From contig CAZCVE010000014.1 in NCBI GenBank assembly GCA_964502175.1, forward strand, positions 24,969 through 88,968: DNA of 64,000 bases, given 5' to 3'. The position numbers and the translations under genes were made by a program. The notes under the pieces were generated by a model that was not told the DNA's origin, ran no database searches, and saw only the letters and a list, made by a program, of their open reading frames with translations. This document shows, one piece after another, positions 10,114 to 20,105 of this stretch. Source of the stretch: an uncultured Sandaracinaceae bacterium. GTDB taxonomy: Bacteria > Myxococcota_A > Polyangia > Polyangiales > Sandaracinaceae. Every line of letters starts with the position of its first letter. Within the stretch, counting starts at the first letter, position 1.

Positions 10114-10971
10114 ATGCGGGGGCCGATGCGCTGCGCCCACACCTCTGCGTTCGTCGCCGCGCTCGGGCTCGCCGCGGGTTGCCCCAACGTCGAGGCGCCC
10201 GACGCTGCGACGGACCTCCGCGATGCATGGTCGCTCGACGGGTCCAGCCTCGTGGATGCGACACACCTCGATCCGACCGACCCCGATGCGCCGACGTCGC
10301 TCGTCGACGCGTCGGAGACGGACGCCCCGATCGATCCGGCACTCGACTCGGGTTCGATCGACGCAGCCTCGGGCGACGCCGTAGACGCCGAGGCCGGTGA
10401 TGCGCGCGATCCGCACGACGCACCGCTGGCCGCGGATGCCCCGTGCCCGCCTCGGCTCGGTGACTGCGACGGCCTGGCATCGAACGGCTGCGAGACCCCC
10501 CTCACCACGAGCGCCGACTGTGGCGGATGCGGCGTGCCGTGTGCGCCGTCGGGCGCTGTCGGCGATTGCTCGACGGGCACCTGCCAGGTCGTGGCCTGTC
10601 TTCGAGCCGACTTCGGTGACTGTGATGGTCTCGCCTCCAACGGCTGCGAGACCAGCCTGCGCACGACGGGAGACTGCGCTGCTTGTGGCGTGCCTTGCAC
10701 GGTCCCGGGCGGCGCCGCGACCTGCGCGAGCGGATTCTGCTCGCCGACGGGCTGCGCCGTCGGGCTCGCCAATTGTGATGCGGCCCCTGGCTGCGAGCAG
10801 TCGACGAACACCTCGACGCACTGCGGTGACTGCAACGTGGCGTGTGCCCCGAGCCACGCCGCGGCGTCCTGCGCGACGGGCACGTGCCAGATCACGCGCT
10901 GCGACGATGGCTGGCTCGACTGCGACGGCCGCGCGAGCAACGGCTGCGAGCGGGAGAGCGCTGGCTGCTGA
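10114..10971 (+). CDS. secreted Cys-rich repeat lipoprotein (repeated DCDGLASNGCET and CGxCxxxC units)
   Basis: Lipobox AALGLAAGC. Low-complexity acidic linker followed by repeated Cys-rich modules. Starts 2 nt after the fabH stop. Confidence 0.65.
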   Translation: MRGPMRCAHTSAFVAALGLAAGCPNVEAPDAATDLRDAWSLDGSSLVDATHLDPTDPDAPTSLVDASETDAPIDPALDSGSIDAASGDAVDAEAGDARDPHDAPLAADAPCPPRLGDCDGLASNGCETPLTTSADCGGCGVPCAPSGAVGDCSTGTCQVVACLRADFGDCDGLASNGCETSLRTTGDCAACGVPCTVPGGAATCASGFCSPTGCAVGLANCDAAPGCEQSTNTSTHCGDCNVACAPSHAAASCATGTCQITRCDDGWLDCDGRASNGCERESAGC

Positions 10972-11024
10972 GGGGGACGCGGGTGGAGAGCCAAGGTCGT
11001 TCAGCCTTCTACGTCGAAGCTCGC

Positions 11025-11744
11025 ATGCAACGCCTCATGCTCATGGTGCTCACCCTGCTCGCGCTCGCGATCCCGAGCGCCTCGCAGGCACGCTGCCGCA
11101 TGTCGCCCGGTGATCAGCTGGTCGTGATCAACCCGCGCGCAGAGCACGGCATCGTGCTGCTCCAGCGTCGGCCGGCGTTCTCCGAGGGTGACGTGCTCAC
11201 GGGCGCGACGCCGAGCACGCTCGCGCTGCGGCAGACCACGGGCTGCACGCGTCGCTGCACCTCGCAGGCGCGGCTGCGCGAGCTCGCGCCCAACCTCTAC
11301 GCGATGACGATCCCCCGCGTGACGGGCGCCTACGCGATCACCACTGCGGGAGCGCGCGGGACGTTCGAGAACGCAGCGTCCTTCACGGCGGCGCCGACCG
11401 CGATCCCCGTCGCGCCCGCGGTGCCGTCGATCGATCGACAGATGGTGGGCACCGGCTCCTTCGCGCCGACGATCGTGCTCGGCGCGCCTGCGCCCGCCGA
11501 GGCCGTCGGTGTGATGGCGCGCTGGCAGGGCGCGTCGGGGCCCGTGTCGTTCTTCATGCCCGCCTCGACAGATCGCGCGCGCTTCCTGCTCTTTCCGGGT
11601 CGCTGTCGCGGGCCGCTGCCGGGGTACACGCCGCCGACGCCGGGAACGAACCTCGACGTCACGTTCGTCGACGCGCAGGGCAACGAGTCCGCGTTCAGCC
11701 GCGTGACGCTGCGCGACGTCTCGCTCGGCGGCTCGTTCCGCTGA
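11025..11744 (+). CDS. secreted hypothetical protein
   Basis: ATG at 11025 gives MQRLMLMVLTLLALAIPSASQA, a signal peptide. The upstream part of the ORF-table entry overlaps the previous gene. Confidence 0.5.
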   Translation: MQRLMLMVLTLLALAIPSASQARCRMSPGDQLVVINPRAEHGIVLLQRRPAFSEGDVLTGATPSTLALRQTTGCTRRCTSQARLRELAPNLYAMTIPRVTGAYAITTAGARGTFENAASFTAAPTAIPVAPAVPSIDRQMVGTGSFAPTIVLGAPAPAEAVGVMARWQGASGPVSFFMPASTDRARFLLFPGRCRGPLPGYTPPTPGTNLDVTFVDAQGNESAFSRVTLRDVSLGGSFR

Positions 11745-11750
11745 TCGCGC

Positions 11751-12578
11751 TCAGGCGCGAGGTCGTGCGCGCACGAGCTCGTGCAGCATGAGGCTCGTCG
11801 CGATCGAGACGTTGAGCGACTGGATCGCGCCCGTGCCGCGGATCGCCAGCATCGCGTCGCACTGCTCCTTCACGCGCGGCGAGATGCCCTCGCGCTCGTG
11901 ACCCACGACGAGCACGCACGGACGCGCGATCGTGAAGCGCGTGATGTCCTCGGCGCCGTCGTTCTCCGCGCCGTACACGCGCACGCCGACCTTGCGCAGC
12001 TGCGCGAGCGTCTCCGCGAGGTCGGTCGTGCGCGACAGCGTGAGCTGCTCGGCGCCTCCTTCGGCGACGCGCGCTGCGTCCGGAGGCAGCGCGGGGTGGG
12101 GCGCGGGCGCGCCGAGGATCGCGACGTCGATGCCGAAGAATGCGGCCGTGCGGAGGATCGCGCCGATGTTGTACGGGTTGCGCACGCGATCGAGCGCGAT
12201 CCCGATCGGGCTCCGCATCTTGTTCTCGAACATCGCGCGCAGCTCCTTGCCGCTCGCCCACCGCCGCGGCGTCGTGCGCACGACGACGCCTTCGTGGTGC
12301 GCCGTCTCTGCGACGCGCTCGAGCTCGCGATCAGGCAGCTCGCGCGCGTTCATGCCTGCGCGCGCGACGAGGGCGCGTGCCTCTTCGCGCTGATCGGCGG
12401 AGACGAACACCTCGCGGATCGCGTCGGGGCGCTTCGCGAGGACCGCGAGGCACGCGCGCAGGCCGAAGACGATCTCGCTCGGCTCCGCCGACGGCGTCGA
12501 CGAGGGCACACGAGGGCCGTGCTGCGAGCGGGCAGCGTCGGCGCGGTGAGGAGGGCGATCTCGCGGGGGACGCGGCAC
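11751..12578 (-). CDS. TrmH/SpoU-family RNA 2'-O-methyltransferase (RlmB-like)
   Basis: SpoU methylase motifs: NPYNIGAILRTAAFFG, LVVGHEREGIS, IQSLNVSIATSLMLHE. The true start may be internal, around 12490. Confidence 0.8.
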   Translation of the reverse strand: MPRPPRDRPPHRADAARSQHGPRVPSSTPSAEPSEIVFGLRACLAVLAKRPDAIREVFVSADQREEARALVARAGMNARELPDRELERVAETAHHEGVVVRTTPRRWASGKELRAMFENKMRSPIGIALDRVRNPYNIGAILRTAAFFGIDVAILGAPAPHPALPPDAARVAEGGAEQLTLSRTTDLAETLAQLRKVGVRVYGAENDGAEDITRFTIARPCVLVVGHEREGISPRVKEQCDAMLAIRGTGAIQSLNVSIATSLMLHELVRARPRA

Positions 12579-12699
12579 GCGCGGAGCCTACCAAGCCGGA
12601 GCCGCCTGGGTGTCCGTCCATCGGGACGAAGCGCGCGATTGCGGACGCGACCGAACGGCTCTGTTACAAAGGAAAGCTCGCACCTCGGAGGGAGTGTTC

Positions 12700-13173
12700 A
12701 TGACGAGTCAGTCGGGATCGTTCGCTGCGCATCGGCTCTGGGTCACCATCCTCGGGGTCGCCACCGTCCTCTCGATCGCAGCGCTCGCAGGCGCCTGCGG
12801 ACCCGGAGGCAACCCCGACGCAGCGCCGCCCGCCGACGCCGTGGCGCCAGCAGACTGCTCGAGCGGAGACGCGATGGCCGGACGCGTGGCCGTGGGCATG
12901 CGCGCGTGCTCGAGCTGTCACAGCGCGGATCTCGGCGGCGCCACGACGGGCACGCCCGGTCCGAACCTCACCTCGACGAACCTCGGCACCTGGACCGATC
13001 AGCAGATCACGAGCGCGATCCTCGACGGTCAGGGCACGGGCGGCGAGCCGCTCTGCTCGGCGATGACGCGCTTTCGCATCGCGCGCATGACGGGCACCGA
13101 GGTGTGCAACATCGTGGCGCACCTGCGCTCGCTCGCCCCGATCACGCGCGACGTCGCCGACACCTGCATGTGA
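12700..13173 (+). CDS. c-type cytochrome lipoprotein (mono-haem)
   Basis: SD GGAGGGAG about 8 nt upstream of ATG 12700. Signal and lipobox LAGACG. CSSCH haem motif. Confidence 0.7.
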   Translation: MTSQSGSFAAHRLWVTILGVATVLSIAALAGACGPGGNPDAAPPADAVAPADCSSGDAMAGRVAVGMRACSSCHSADLGGATTGTPGPNLTSTNLGTWTDQQITSAILDGQGTGGEPLCSAMTRFRIARMTGTEVCNIVAHLRSLAPITRDVADTCM

Positions 13174-13208
13174 CGCTCCGCCGAGGCGCATCGCGCTAGG
13201 ATCGCCCG

Positions 13209-15818
13209 ATGCGCGCCACATCCTCCTCGTTGCTGGAAAGCTCGTCGGTGGCCTTGCTCTCGGCGGGGCTGCTCTCGGCGGGGCTGCTCTCGGCCTGCGC
13301 GTGCGGTGAGCCGGTGCGCGAGGTCGATGCCGGCCTCGGCGAAGACGCTCGCGTCGACGCTGGCGGCGTGGACGCGGGGCCCCCACCCGACGCGGGGAAT
13401 TGTCGACGCTCGATCGGTGATTTCCCCGCACCGATCCCGGGGGTCTGCGCGCCGCGTACCGTCGACCCGCTCGCGACCTTGCCGGTAGGAAGCGAGGACA
13501 CCGATCAATTCATCGTGCCAGGCGGTGAACGCCTCGTGCGCGTGGGGCGCAACGTCGAGGTCGGTGGGTTCCCGATGCGCTTGGTCGAGGTGCCGGGCAC
13601 CGAGCTCGTCATCGTCACCGACGGAGGCCTGCGTGAGGAGTCGCTCGCCGTCGTGGACCTCGCGTCGATGACGCTGCGCGACGAGGCCGTGTTCACGCCC
13701 GCGACGGGCTCGTTGTTCTGGGGCCTCGTGGTCACCGGCGCGGGCGCGACGCGTCGCGTGTGGGCCTCGGGCGGAGGGGGCGACGAGATCCTCGCGTACG
13801 ACCTCGACGTCGCGAGCGGCACGCTCACCGAGATCGCCGCCGACCGCATCGCGCTCACCGGCGCCACGAACGGCTACGTCGCTGGGCTCGCGATCCACGG
13901 CAGCACTCTCGTCGCCGCGCTCCTTCGCGAGCAAGCGATCGCGGTGTTCGACGCGGCGAGCGGCGTGGAGCTGCGGCGCATCTCCACCGAGCGCGCTGAC
14001 TTCCCCTACGACGTGGTGCTGAGCGCCGATGGCGCGCGCGCCTACGTGTCCCTGTGGGGCGCCTCGGCGGTCGCGTTCGTCGATGTCGCGAGCGGCGCCA
14101 TCGAGGCGCGCATCACGGTCGGCAAGAACCCGGAGGGCCTGGCGCTCTCCGCTGATGGTCGGCACCTCGCGGTCGCGTGCGCCGACAGCGACAGCGTCGT
14201 CGTGATCGACACCACGACGCGCACCGTCGCGAGCACCTTCTACCTCGACGCCGAGGAGGCCGACCGCGGCTCGGCCCCCGCTTCGCTTCGCTTCTCGAGC
14301 GACGGCGCGCGCCTCTTCGTGGTGAGCGCGCTCGACAACGCCATCGACGTGCTCGACGTGAGCGGGGCGATGCTGTCGCGCCTCGGCCGGATCCCGACGC
14401 TCTGGCACCCGACCGACGTCCTGCCGCGCGCCGACGGAAGCGTCGCGTTCCTCAACGGTCGTCATCTCGGCACGGGCGCCAACACGAACCCCTCCGAGGA
14501 CGACATCACCGAGCTCCTCGGCGGCTCGCTCAGTCTGATCGACGTGCCCCCCACCGATGCCGAGCTCCGCGACTGGGAGATCGAGATCGCGACCAACAAC
14601 ACGCGGATGAGCCGCTTCGTCGACGTCGCATGCCCGGCGGGCGCGGACTACGACTTCCCCGTCCCGCGCTCCGGCGAGGGCGCGTCCACACGCATCCGCC
14701 ACGTCGTCGTGATCGTCCGCGAGAACAAGACCTACGACGCGTACATGGGCGACTTCCCAGGCGCCAACGGTGATCCGACACTGACCCTCTTGCCCGCGGC
14801 CGACATCGAGAGCGTGATTCCGAACACCTACGCACTGGCAGGTACGTTCGGCCTGGCCGACAACTACTACTCTCACGCCGAGCAGTCGATCCAGGGCCAC
14901 GTGTGGGCGACGCTGGGTCGCACGACGGACTTCGTGGAGCGCTCGTGGCTGACCACGTGGGGTCGCGGCCATTGGTCCGTACCCCCTCAGGCGACCACGT
15001 CGATCGGCTATCCGGAAGAGGGCAGTGGGTTCGACTACCTCGACGAGAACGACATCTCCATCTCGAACTACGGCGAGATCGTCGGATCCCGCAACGCTCC
15101 GCCTCGTCGGGGCTATCCCGGTCTGTTCTACAGCTACGAGCCCGAGGTCGACAAAGCCGACTTCGTCGCGGGCCAGATCCATGCGTGTGACATGCGCTCG
15201 TTCACGTTCGTCGTGATGCCCAACGACCACACGCAAGGCACCTCGCCGGGCGAGCCGACGCCACGCTCGATGATCGCCGACAACGACGAGGGCGTCGGTC
15301 GTCTGATCGACGCGATCAGCCACTCTTCCTTCTGGCCCGAGACCGCCGTCTTCGTGTTCTGGGACGACCCGCAGGACGGCGGCGATCACGTCGACAACCA
15401 CCGCTCTCCGCTGCTCGTCGTCTCGCCCTGGGCCCGTCGACGGCACGTGAGCCACGTGCACGTGAGCGAGGCGTCCGTGTGGCGCACGATCCAGCTCATC
15501 TTCGGCCTCGACGCACCGCACAGCCGTGAGTGGCTCGACGCTGCGCCGCTCTACGACTTCTTCACCTCCACGCCGGACTACACGCCCTACGACCACGTGC
15601 CGCGTACGTTCCCGCAGGAGCTCAACCCGGACCGGCGCACCCGAGATGCGATGATGTCGATGGCCTACGACTGGTCACTCCCTGACAACCAGCCTGGGCT
15701 CTCGCGGCTCCTGTGGCGACACTTCCACGACGGCGCTGAGGCCCCATGGGTCGAGCGTGATGCCGACGAAGCGATCGACGAGGCCGCGGCAGAGTCCGAG
15801 GGCCGCGATCCGCGTTGA
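13209..15818 (+). CDS. lipoprotein: N-terminal beta-propeller (lactonase-like repeats) fused to a phosphoesterase-family domain (PLC/AcpA-like)
   Basis: Lipobox LLSACACG. Repeated SADG/YVS propeller blades. C-terminal region with the IRHVVVIVRENKTYD phosphoesterase-family signature. Confidence 0.7.
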   Translation: MRATSSSLLESSSVALLSAGLLSAGLLSACACGEPVREVDAGLGEDARVDAGGVDAGPPPDAGNCRRSIGDFPAPIPGVCAPRTVDPLATLPVGSEDTDQFIVPGGERLVRVGRNVEVGGFPMRLVEVPGTELVIVTDGGLREESLAVVDLASMTLRDEAVFTPATGSLFWGLVVTGAGATRRVWASGGGGDEILAYDLDVASGTLTEIAADRIALTGATNGYVAGLAIHGSTLVAALLREQAIAVFDAASGVELRRISTERADFPYDVVLSADGARAYVSLWGASAVAFVDVASGAIEARITVGKNPEGLALSADGRHLAVACADSDSVVVIDTTTRTVASTFYLDAEEADRGSAPASLRFSSDGARLFVVSALDNAIDVLDVSGAMLSRLGRIPTLWHPTDVLPRADGSVAFLNGRHLGTGANTNPSEDDITELLGGSLSLIDVPPTDAELRDWEIEIATNNTRMSRFVDVACPAGADYDFPVPRSGEGASTRIRHVVVIVRENKTYDAYMGDFPGANGDPTLTLLPAADIESVIPNTYALAGTFGLADNYYSHAEQSIQGHVWATLGRTTDFVERSWLTTWGRGHWSVPPQATTSIGYPEEGSGFDYLDENDISISNYGEIVGSRNAPPRRGYPGLFYSYEPEVDKADFVAGQIHACDMRSFTFVVMPNDHTQGTSPGEPTPRSMIADNDEGVGRLIDAISHSSFWPETAVFVFWDDPQDGGDHVDNHRSPLLVVSPWARRRHVSHVHVSEASVWRTIQLIFGLDAPHSREWLDAAPLYDFFTSTPDYTPYDHVPRTFPQELNPDRRTRDAMMSMAYDWSLPDNQPGLSRLLWRHFHDGAEAPWVERDADEAIDEAAAESEGRDPR

Positions 15819-15820
15819 CG

Positions 15821-17140
15821 TCAGGCGAGCGCGCGGAGCGCTTCGCCGAGACGCGGGAGCGCGTCCTGGATCTCGCGCATCGAGACGGCGCCCACGCTGA
15901 GTCGGAACCATCCGGAGTCGCCCGGGTAGCCGAACGCCTGGAACGGCACGATGCCGATGCCGGCCGCGTCGAGCACGTAGCGGCGCACCTCTTCGTTCGT
16001 CGTGAGCGTCTGTCCCGCGGGCGTCTTCTTGCCGAACGGAGCGAGCTGCACCGTGAGGTAGATCGCGCCCTCGGGAGAGAGCGAGTCGACCGGCAGGCCC
16101 TTGCTCTTGAGCGCCTGGAAGCCCTCGTGGAGCGCGCTCAAGCGTCCGACGACGCCGGCCTTGAGACCATCGACGTACGTGCGACACACGCCCGGCTCGT
16201 CGAGCATCTTCGCCGTCGCGATCTGCTCCGCGCGCGGCGCCCACGCGCCGACGTGTCCGAGGATCGCGCTCATGCGATCGATCACGTCGGTCGGTCCGAT
16301 CGCCCAGCCCACGCGCACGCCGGTCGCGGCGAACGCCTTCGAGATGCCGTCGACGAAGATCGTGTAGCGCGCCATCTCCGGCACGAGCTGCGGAGGCGAG
16401 ACGTGCTCGGTGCCCGCGGCCGTGAGCATCCAGTAGATCTGGTCATACATGAGGTAGACGGGCTTCTCGCCGCGCGCGCGACGCTGCTCGTTCTCGCGCA
16501 CGATCGCCTCCGAGACGCCGAGCACCATGTCGCGCGACATCGCCGTGCCCGTGGGGTTGAGCGGCGTGTTGAGGCACACGAGGCGCGCGCCCGGCAGCGC
16601 CTTCTCGATCATCTCGCGCGTCGGCAAGAAGCGTGTCTCGGGGCCGCACTGCACGGTGACGCTCTTGCTGCCCGTCATGGTGACGTAGTGGTTGTTGTTC
16701 CAGCTCGGCACCGGATAGACGACCGTGTCGCCCGGATCGACGACCGCGCGGTAGATGCCGTAGATGACGGGGCGCGCGCCCGACGCGATGAGGATCGAGT
16801 CGAGCGGGTACGAGAGGCCGAGCTCGCGCTGGTAGAAGCGCTGCACGGCGTCGCGCAGCTGCGGCATGCCGTTCGAGGGCGGGTAGTTCGTCTCGTGCGC
16901 GTCGTACGCGGCGACGATGTGCGCGCGCAGCGACTCGGGGATCGCGAACTGCTTCGGATCGAAGTCGCCCACGGTGAGGTTACAGACGGGCTGACCCTTC
17001 GCGACGAGCGCGCGGATCTCACCAGCGATCTTCAGGATCTCGGAGCCGACGATCTTGCCGGCCATCGCGGACACGCGCGGACTGGTCGAGTCGTGAGGAC
17101 GGACGAACGACGAGAGATCGACGGGCGTGCTGCTGCTCAT
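15821..17140 (-). CDS. PLP-dependent aminotransferase (class I/II)
   Basis: Aminotransferase fold I residues; the SKAFAATGVRVGW lysine region is typical of aspartate/aromatic aminotransferases. Confidence 0.85.
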   Translation of the reverse strand: MSSSTPVDLSSFVRPHDSTSPRVSAMAGKIVGSEILKIAGEIRALVAKGQPVCNLTVGDFDPKQFAIPESLRAHIVAAYDAHETNYPPSNGMPQLRDAVQRFYQRELGLSYPLDSILIASGARPVIYGIYRAVVDPGDTVVYPVPSWNNNHYVTMTGSKSVTVQCGPETRFLPTREMIEKALPGARLVCLNTPLNPTGTAMSRDMVLGVSEAIVRENEQRRARGEKPVYLMYDQIYWMLTAAGTEHVSPPQLVPEMARYTIFVDGISKAFAATGVRVGWAIGPTDVIDRMSAILGHVGAWAPRAEQIATAKMLDEPGVCRTYVDGLKAGVVGRLSALHEGFQALKSKGLPVDSLSPEGAIYLTVQLAPFGKKTPAGQTLTTNEEVRRYVLDAAGIGIVPFQAFGYPGDSGWFRLSVGAVSMREIQDALPRLGEALRALA

Positions 17141-17215
17141 GGGGCGCGAGAATGGCACGCGAGCGAGGGCTCGCTAGCGCCGATCCGCACGCGCGCAGGG
17201 GACCGGCGAGGTAAC

Positions 17216-18139
17216 TCACGCTCCGCGCGCGTCATCACGCGGCGCGCGCGTCACGAGCACACCCGCGAGCAGCACGAGCGCCCCACCTGCGAGCGCCCAC
17301 AGCGAGAGGCGCTCACCGAACGCGACCCACCCGACGACGCACGCGACCACGGGCTCGACGAACGCGAGGATGGCCGCGCGCGCGCTGCCGATCACCGCGC
17401 TGCCGCGGAGGAACGCGAGCCCCGCGAGCGCACCGGGCACGAGCCCCGCGACGAGCAAGTACGGAACGTCGCGTCCTTCGATGTCGAGCAGCTCGCTGCC
17501 CGCGAGAGGAAGGAGGAGCAAGAGCGCGCCGAGCGCGTGCACACCGAGCGTCGTCGCGGTGCCGATCTCGAGCGCGAGCTTGCGACCGAGGAAGACGTTG
17601 CCCGCGTACGCGATCGCGCTGGTGAGGCCGAGGCCCGCGCCGAGGAGCACGTCACCTCCTAGCGCCCCGTCGCGCCACGGCTCGAGCAAGAGCGTCACGC
17701 CCGCGAGCGCGAGCAGCGCGGAGAGGCCCGCGCCCGGCACGCGAACACCGTCGACGCGCGGTGCGAGCAGCGCGACGAGCACCGGCGCGAGATCGTGCGT
17801 GAGCACGGCGACCGCGACGGTCGTGATCGTCATCGCGTGAAAGAACGTCGCCGCGTTGAGCGCGTCGAAGAACGTGAACGCCGCGAGCATGCCGACCACG
17901 CGCGGCGTCCACACGATCGGAGTCTTGCGCTCCGTGCGCTCGCGCGAGATCAGCGGCAGCGAGCTCAGCGCCATGCACGCGAAGACCACGGGCGCGGTCG
18001 TTCGGCCCGAGAGCTCCGTGGGCCTGAACCACAGGCTCCACGTCCCCCACATCACGGCCGCGAAGACCACGAGGATCGTGCCCGTGACTCGGCTGTTGCG
18101 TCCGTCGTCGCTCGCGCCTGGGACCACCGCTTCGCTCAC
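17216..18139 (-). CDS. DMT-superfamily (EamA-like) transporter
   Basis: 10-TM hydrophobic profile with duplicated EamA halves. GTGA overlap with the lipB stop. Confidence 0.75.
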   Translation of the reverse strand: MSEAVVPGASDDGRNSRVTGTILVVFAAVMWGTWSLWFRPTELSGRTTAPVVFACMALSSLPLISRERTERKTPIVWTPRVVGMLAAFTFFDALNAATFFHAMTITTVAVAVLTHDLAPVLVALLAPRVDGVRVPGAGLSALLALAGVTLLLEPWRDGALGGDVLLGAGLGLTSAIAYAGNVFLGRKLALEIGTATTLGVHALGALLLLLPLAGSELLDIEGRDVPYLLVAGLVPGALAGLAFLRGSAVIGSARAAILAFVEPVVACVVGWVAFGERLSLWALAGGALVLLAGVLVTRAPRDDARGA

Positions 18140-18927
18140 GTGCGCTGCTCGGTCCCCTGCGCGAGCGCGACGCGCTCGGCCTCGTTGCGCGCCGCGGTCG
18201 CGAGCACCTCGTCGATCTCCGCGAGCGCCTCGTCCGAGAGCCCCTCGAGCGGCGAGCCCGTGGCGGCGACGAGCTCACAGTCGAAGAGCTCTGCGAAGAT
18301 CGGGAGGTACGCGTCGATCACGTCGTCGATCGCCAGCGAGCGTCCGAGCTCGAGCTCGAGAGACGTCACGCCCTTGTCGGTGATGCCGCACGGCACGATC
18401 AGCGAGAAGTGCGAGAGCAGCGTCGTCACGTTGATCGCGAAGCCGTGCATCGTGACCCAGCGCGACAGCCGCACGCCGATCGCGCCGATCTTGCGATCGC
18501 CGAGCCCGCCGTCGGTGAGCCACGTGCCGTTCATCCCCGCGATGCGCGTCGCGACGAGGCCCCAGCCGAGGACGAGGCGGATCATCGACTCCTCGAGATC
18601 CTTCACGTAGCGGCGCACGTCCTGTCGATCGGGCGACAGATCGAGGATCGGATAGCCCACGAGCTGTCCAGGCCCGTGGTACGTGACGTCGCCGCCGCGC
18701 CCGGTCTCGTGCACCTCGATGCCACGCGCGCGCAGCGACGCTCGCGGGAACCGAAGGTGCTCTTCCTTCGCGCCGCGGCCGAGCGTGATCACGGGCGGAT
18801 GCTCGAGCAGGAGCAGCGTGTCGGGCACGAGCTGACGCGCGCGCGCCTCCTGCAGGCGCTTCTGCAGCGTGTGAGCTTGGCCATAGCTGATTGTGCCGAG
18901 TCGGTGGACGTGCACCGTGCGACGCAT
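18136..18927 (-). CDS. lipB: lipoyl(octanoyl) transferase
   Basis: LipB motifs EHPPVITLGR, DVTYHGPGQLVGYPI, GVRLSRWVTMHGFAINV. Start MRRTVHV at the complement of 18925-18927. The longer upstream ORF is low-complexity Ala/Ser/Arg and not credible. Confidence 0.85.
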   Translation of the reverse strand: MRRTVHVHRLGTISYGQAHTLQKRLQEARARQLVPDTLLLLEHPPVITLGRGAKEEHLRFPRASLRARGIEVHETGRGGDVTYHGPGQLVGYPILDLSPDRQDVRRYVKDLEESMIRLVLGWGLVATRIAGMNGTWLTDGGLGDRKIGAIGVRLSRWVTMHGFAINVTTLLSHFSLIVPCGITDKGVTSLELELGRSLAIDDVIDAYLPIFAELFDCELVAATGSPLEGLSDEALAEIDEVLATAARNEAERVALAQGTEQRT

Positions 18928-19012
18928 GGCGCGCGATCTACCACCTCGCTCGACACGCCGCAGCCGTGCGCGTTGACGGTGTCCGGCCGTTTCTCCGACG
19001 CTACGGCTCGCG

Positions 19013-19951
19013 ATGCTCCTCGCCGTCCCTTCGACCGCCGCGCTCGTCCATCGCGCGTTCGCGCTCACCCGCGATGATGCAGCGCACGCTCGTGCGCTCG
19101 CCGCCCGCATCGTCGAGGTGGGCGCGCTCGCGGCCAGCCCCGAGATCGGTGGGTGGCTGAGCGCCGCAAAGCCCGTGAGCCACGACAGACGTACGCCGCT
19201 CGATCCGCGCGTCGACGACGCCGTCGCGCGACTGCACGCCTTCACGATGCGCTGGCCCGAGATGACCGAGACACGCGACGCGGCGATCGCTGCGTGGTCG
19301 TCGACGCCTCGTGATGTGTGGCGCTCTGCCGAGGAGACGGTCGTCCACCGCGTGATGCGCGCGCTGAAGCTCCTCGCGCTCGATGCGCCGGCGATCATCG
19401 TGGACACCGAGCTGGACGGGCTCGCCGCGGCGATCTCCCTCCTCGATGGACCCGCGCCTCGCGTGCACGCCGCACCCACGACCGACCCGGGCATGTACGT
19501 CGAGCTCGCGCACGCGATCGCCGTCCACGCGCCGGTGGATCTCTCTCTCGGGACGAGCACGGACGTCCTCGCGCGTCTCGGCGCGTCGGACCTCTCGTCG
19601 CTCTCTCCGGGCGAGCTCCTCGCGCCTGCGTCCGCGATGGCCGCGCGGGAGGCGGTCGCAGACGACGAAGAGCGCTTCGTCCTCGCCGGGCTTCGTGCCT
19701 GGAGGATCGGCGATCCAGCGTCCCTCGCGACCGCGGCTCGCGCCTTTCTCGCGACGCTCGACGACGCATCGACGTCCCAGCGCGCGAAGCTGAGCAAGGC
19801 CCTCGACCGCTCAGCGCCCGAGCTCCTCCGCGGCCTCGACTACGTCGCGTCCACGCGCACGAGGCTCGAAGAGATCGCCGAGGACGCCGAGCACGCCGCG
19901 AACGCGGGCCTGGTGCTCTTGTCCGAGCTCGCGCCAGCTGCGGAGATCTGA
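19013..19951 (+). CDS. hypothetical protein
   Basis: Coherent ORF divergent from lipB; no recognisable motifs. Confidence 0.4.
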   Translation: MLLAVPSTAALVHRAFALTRDDAAHARALAARIVEVGALAASPEIGGWLSAAKPVSHDRRTPLDPRVDDAVARLHAFTMRWPEMTETRDAAIAAWSSTPRDVWRSAEETVVHRVMRALKLLALDAPAIIVDTELDGLAAAISLLDGPAPRVHAAPTTDPGMYVELAHAIAVHAPVDLSLGTSTDVLARLGASDLSSLSPGELLAPASAMAAREAVADDEERFVLAGLRAWRIGDPASLATAARAFLATLDDASTSQRAKLSKALDRSAPELLRGLDYVASTRTRLEEIAEDAEHAANAGLVLLSELAPAAEI

Positions 19952-20105
19952 TCGGTGCTTCGACCTCTGAGCGCTCCGCGAGGCGCAGGACCATACACGG
20001 CACTGCGATCGTCGAGCAGCGAGCTCGTGTACGATGACCTGGGTTCGCGCCGCGTGACGCGCACCTCGAATGGATCGTGGGATCCGGTTCCATGAGGACT
20101 CCAAC

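Noticed and set aside
13029-15596. 855-aa minus-strand ORF
   Set aside because: Antisense to the propeller-phosphoesterase lipoprotein gene. No motifs; composition driven by GC.
15815-17662. 615-aa plus-strand ORF
   Set aside because: Antisense to the aminotransferase and DMT transporter genes, which have clear family signatures.
18928-19797. N-terminal 290-aa extension of the lipB ORF
   Set aside because: Ala/Ser/Arg low-complexity with no homology-like features. LipB family proteins are about 220-260 aa and a good Met start exists at 18927.
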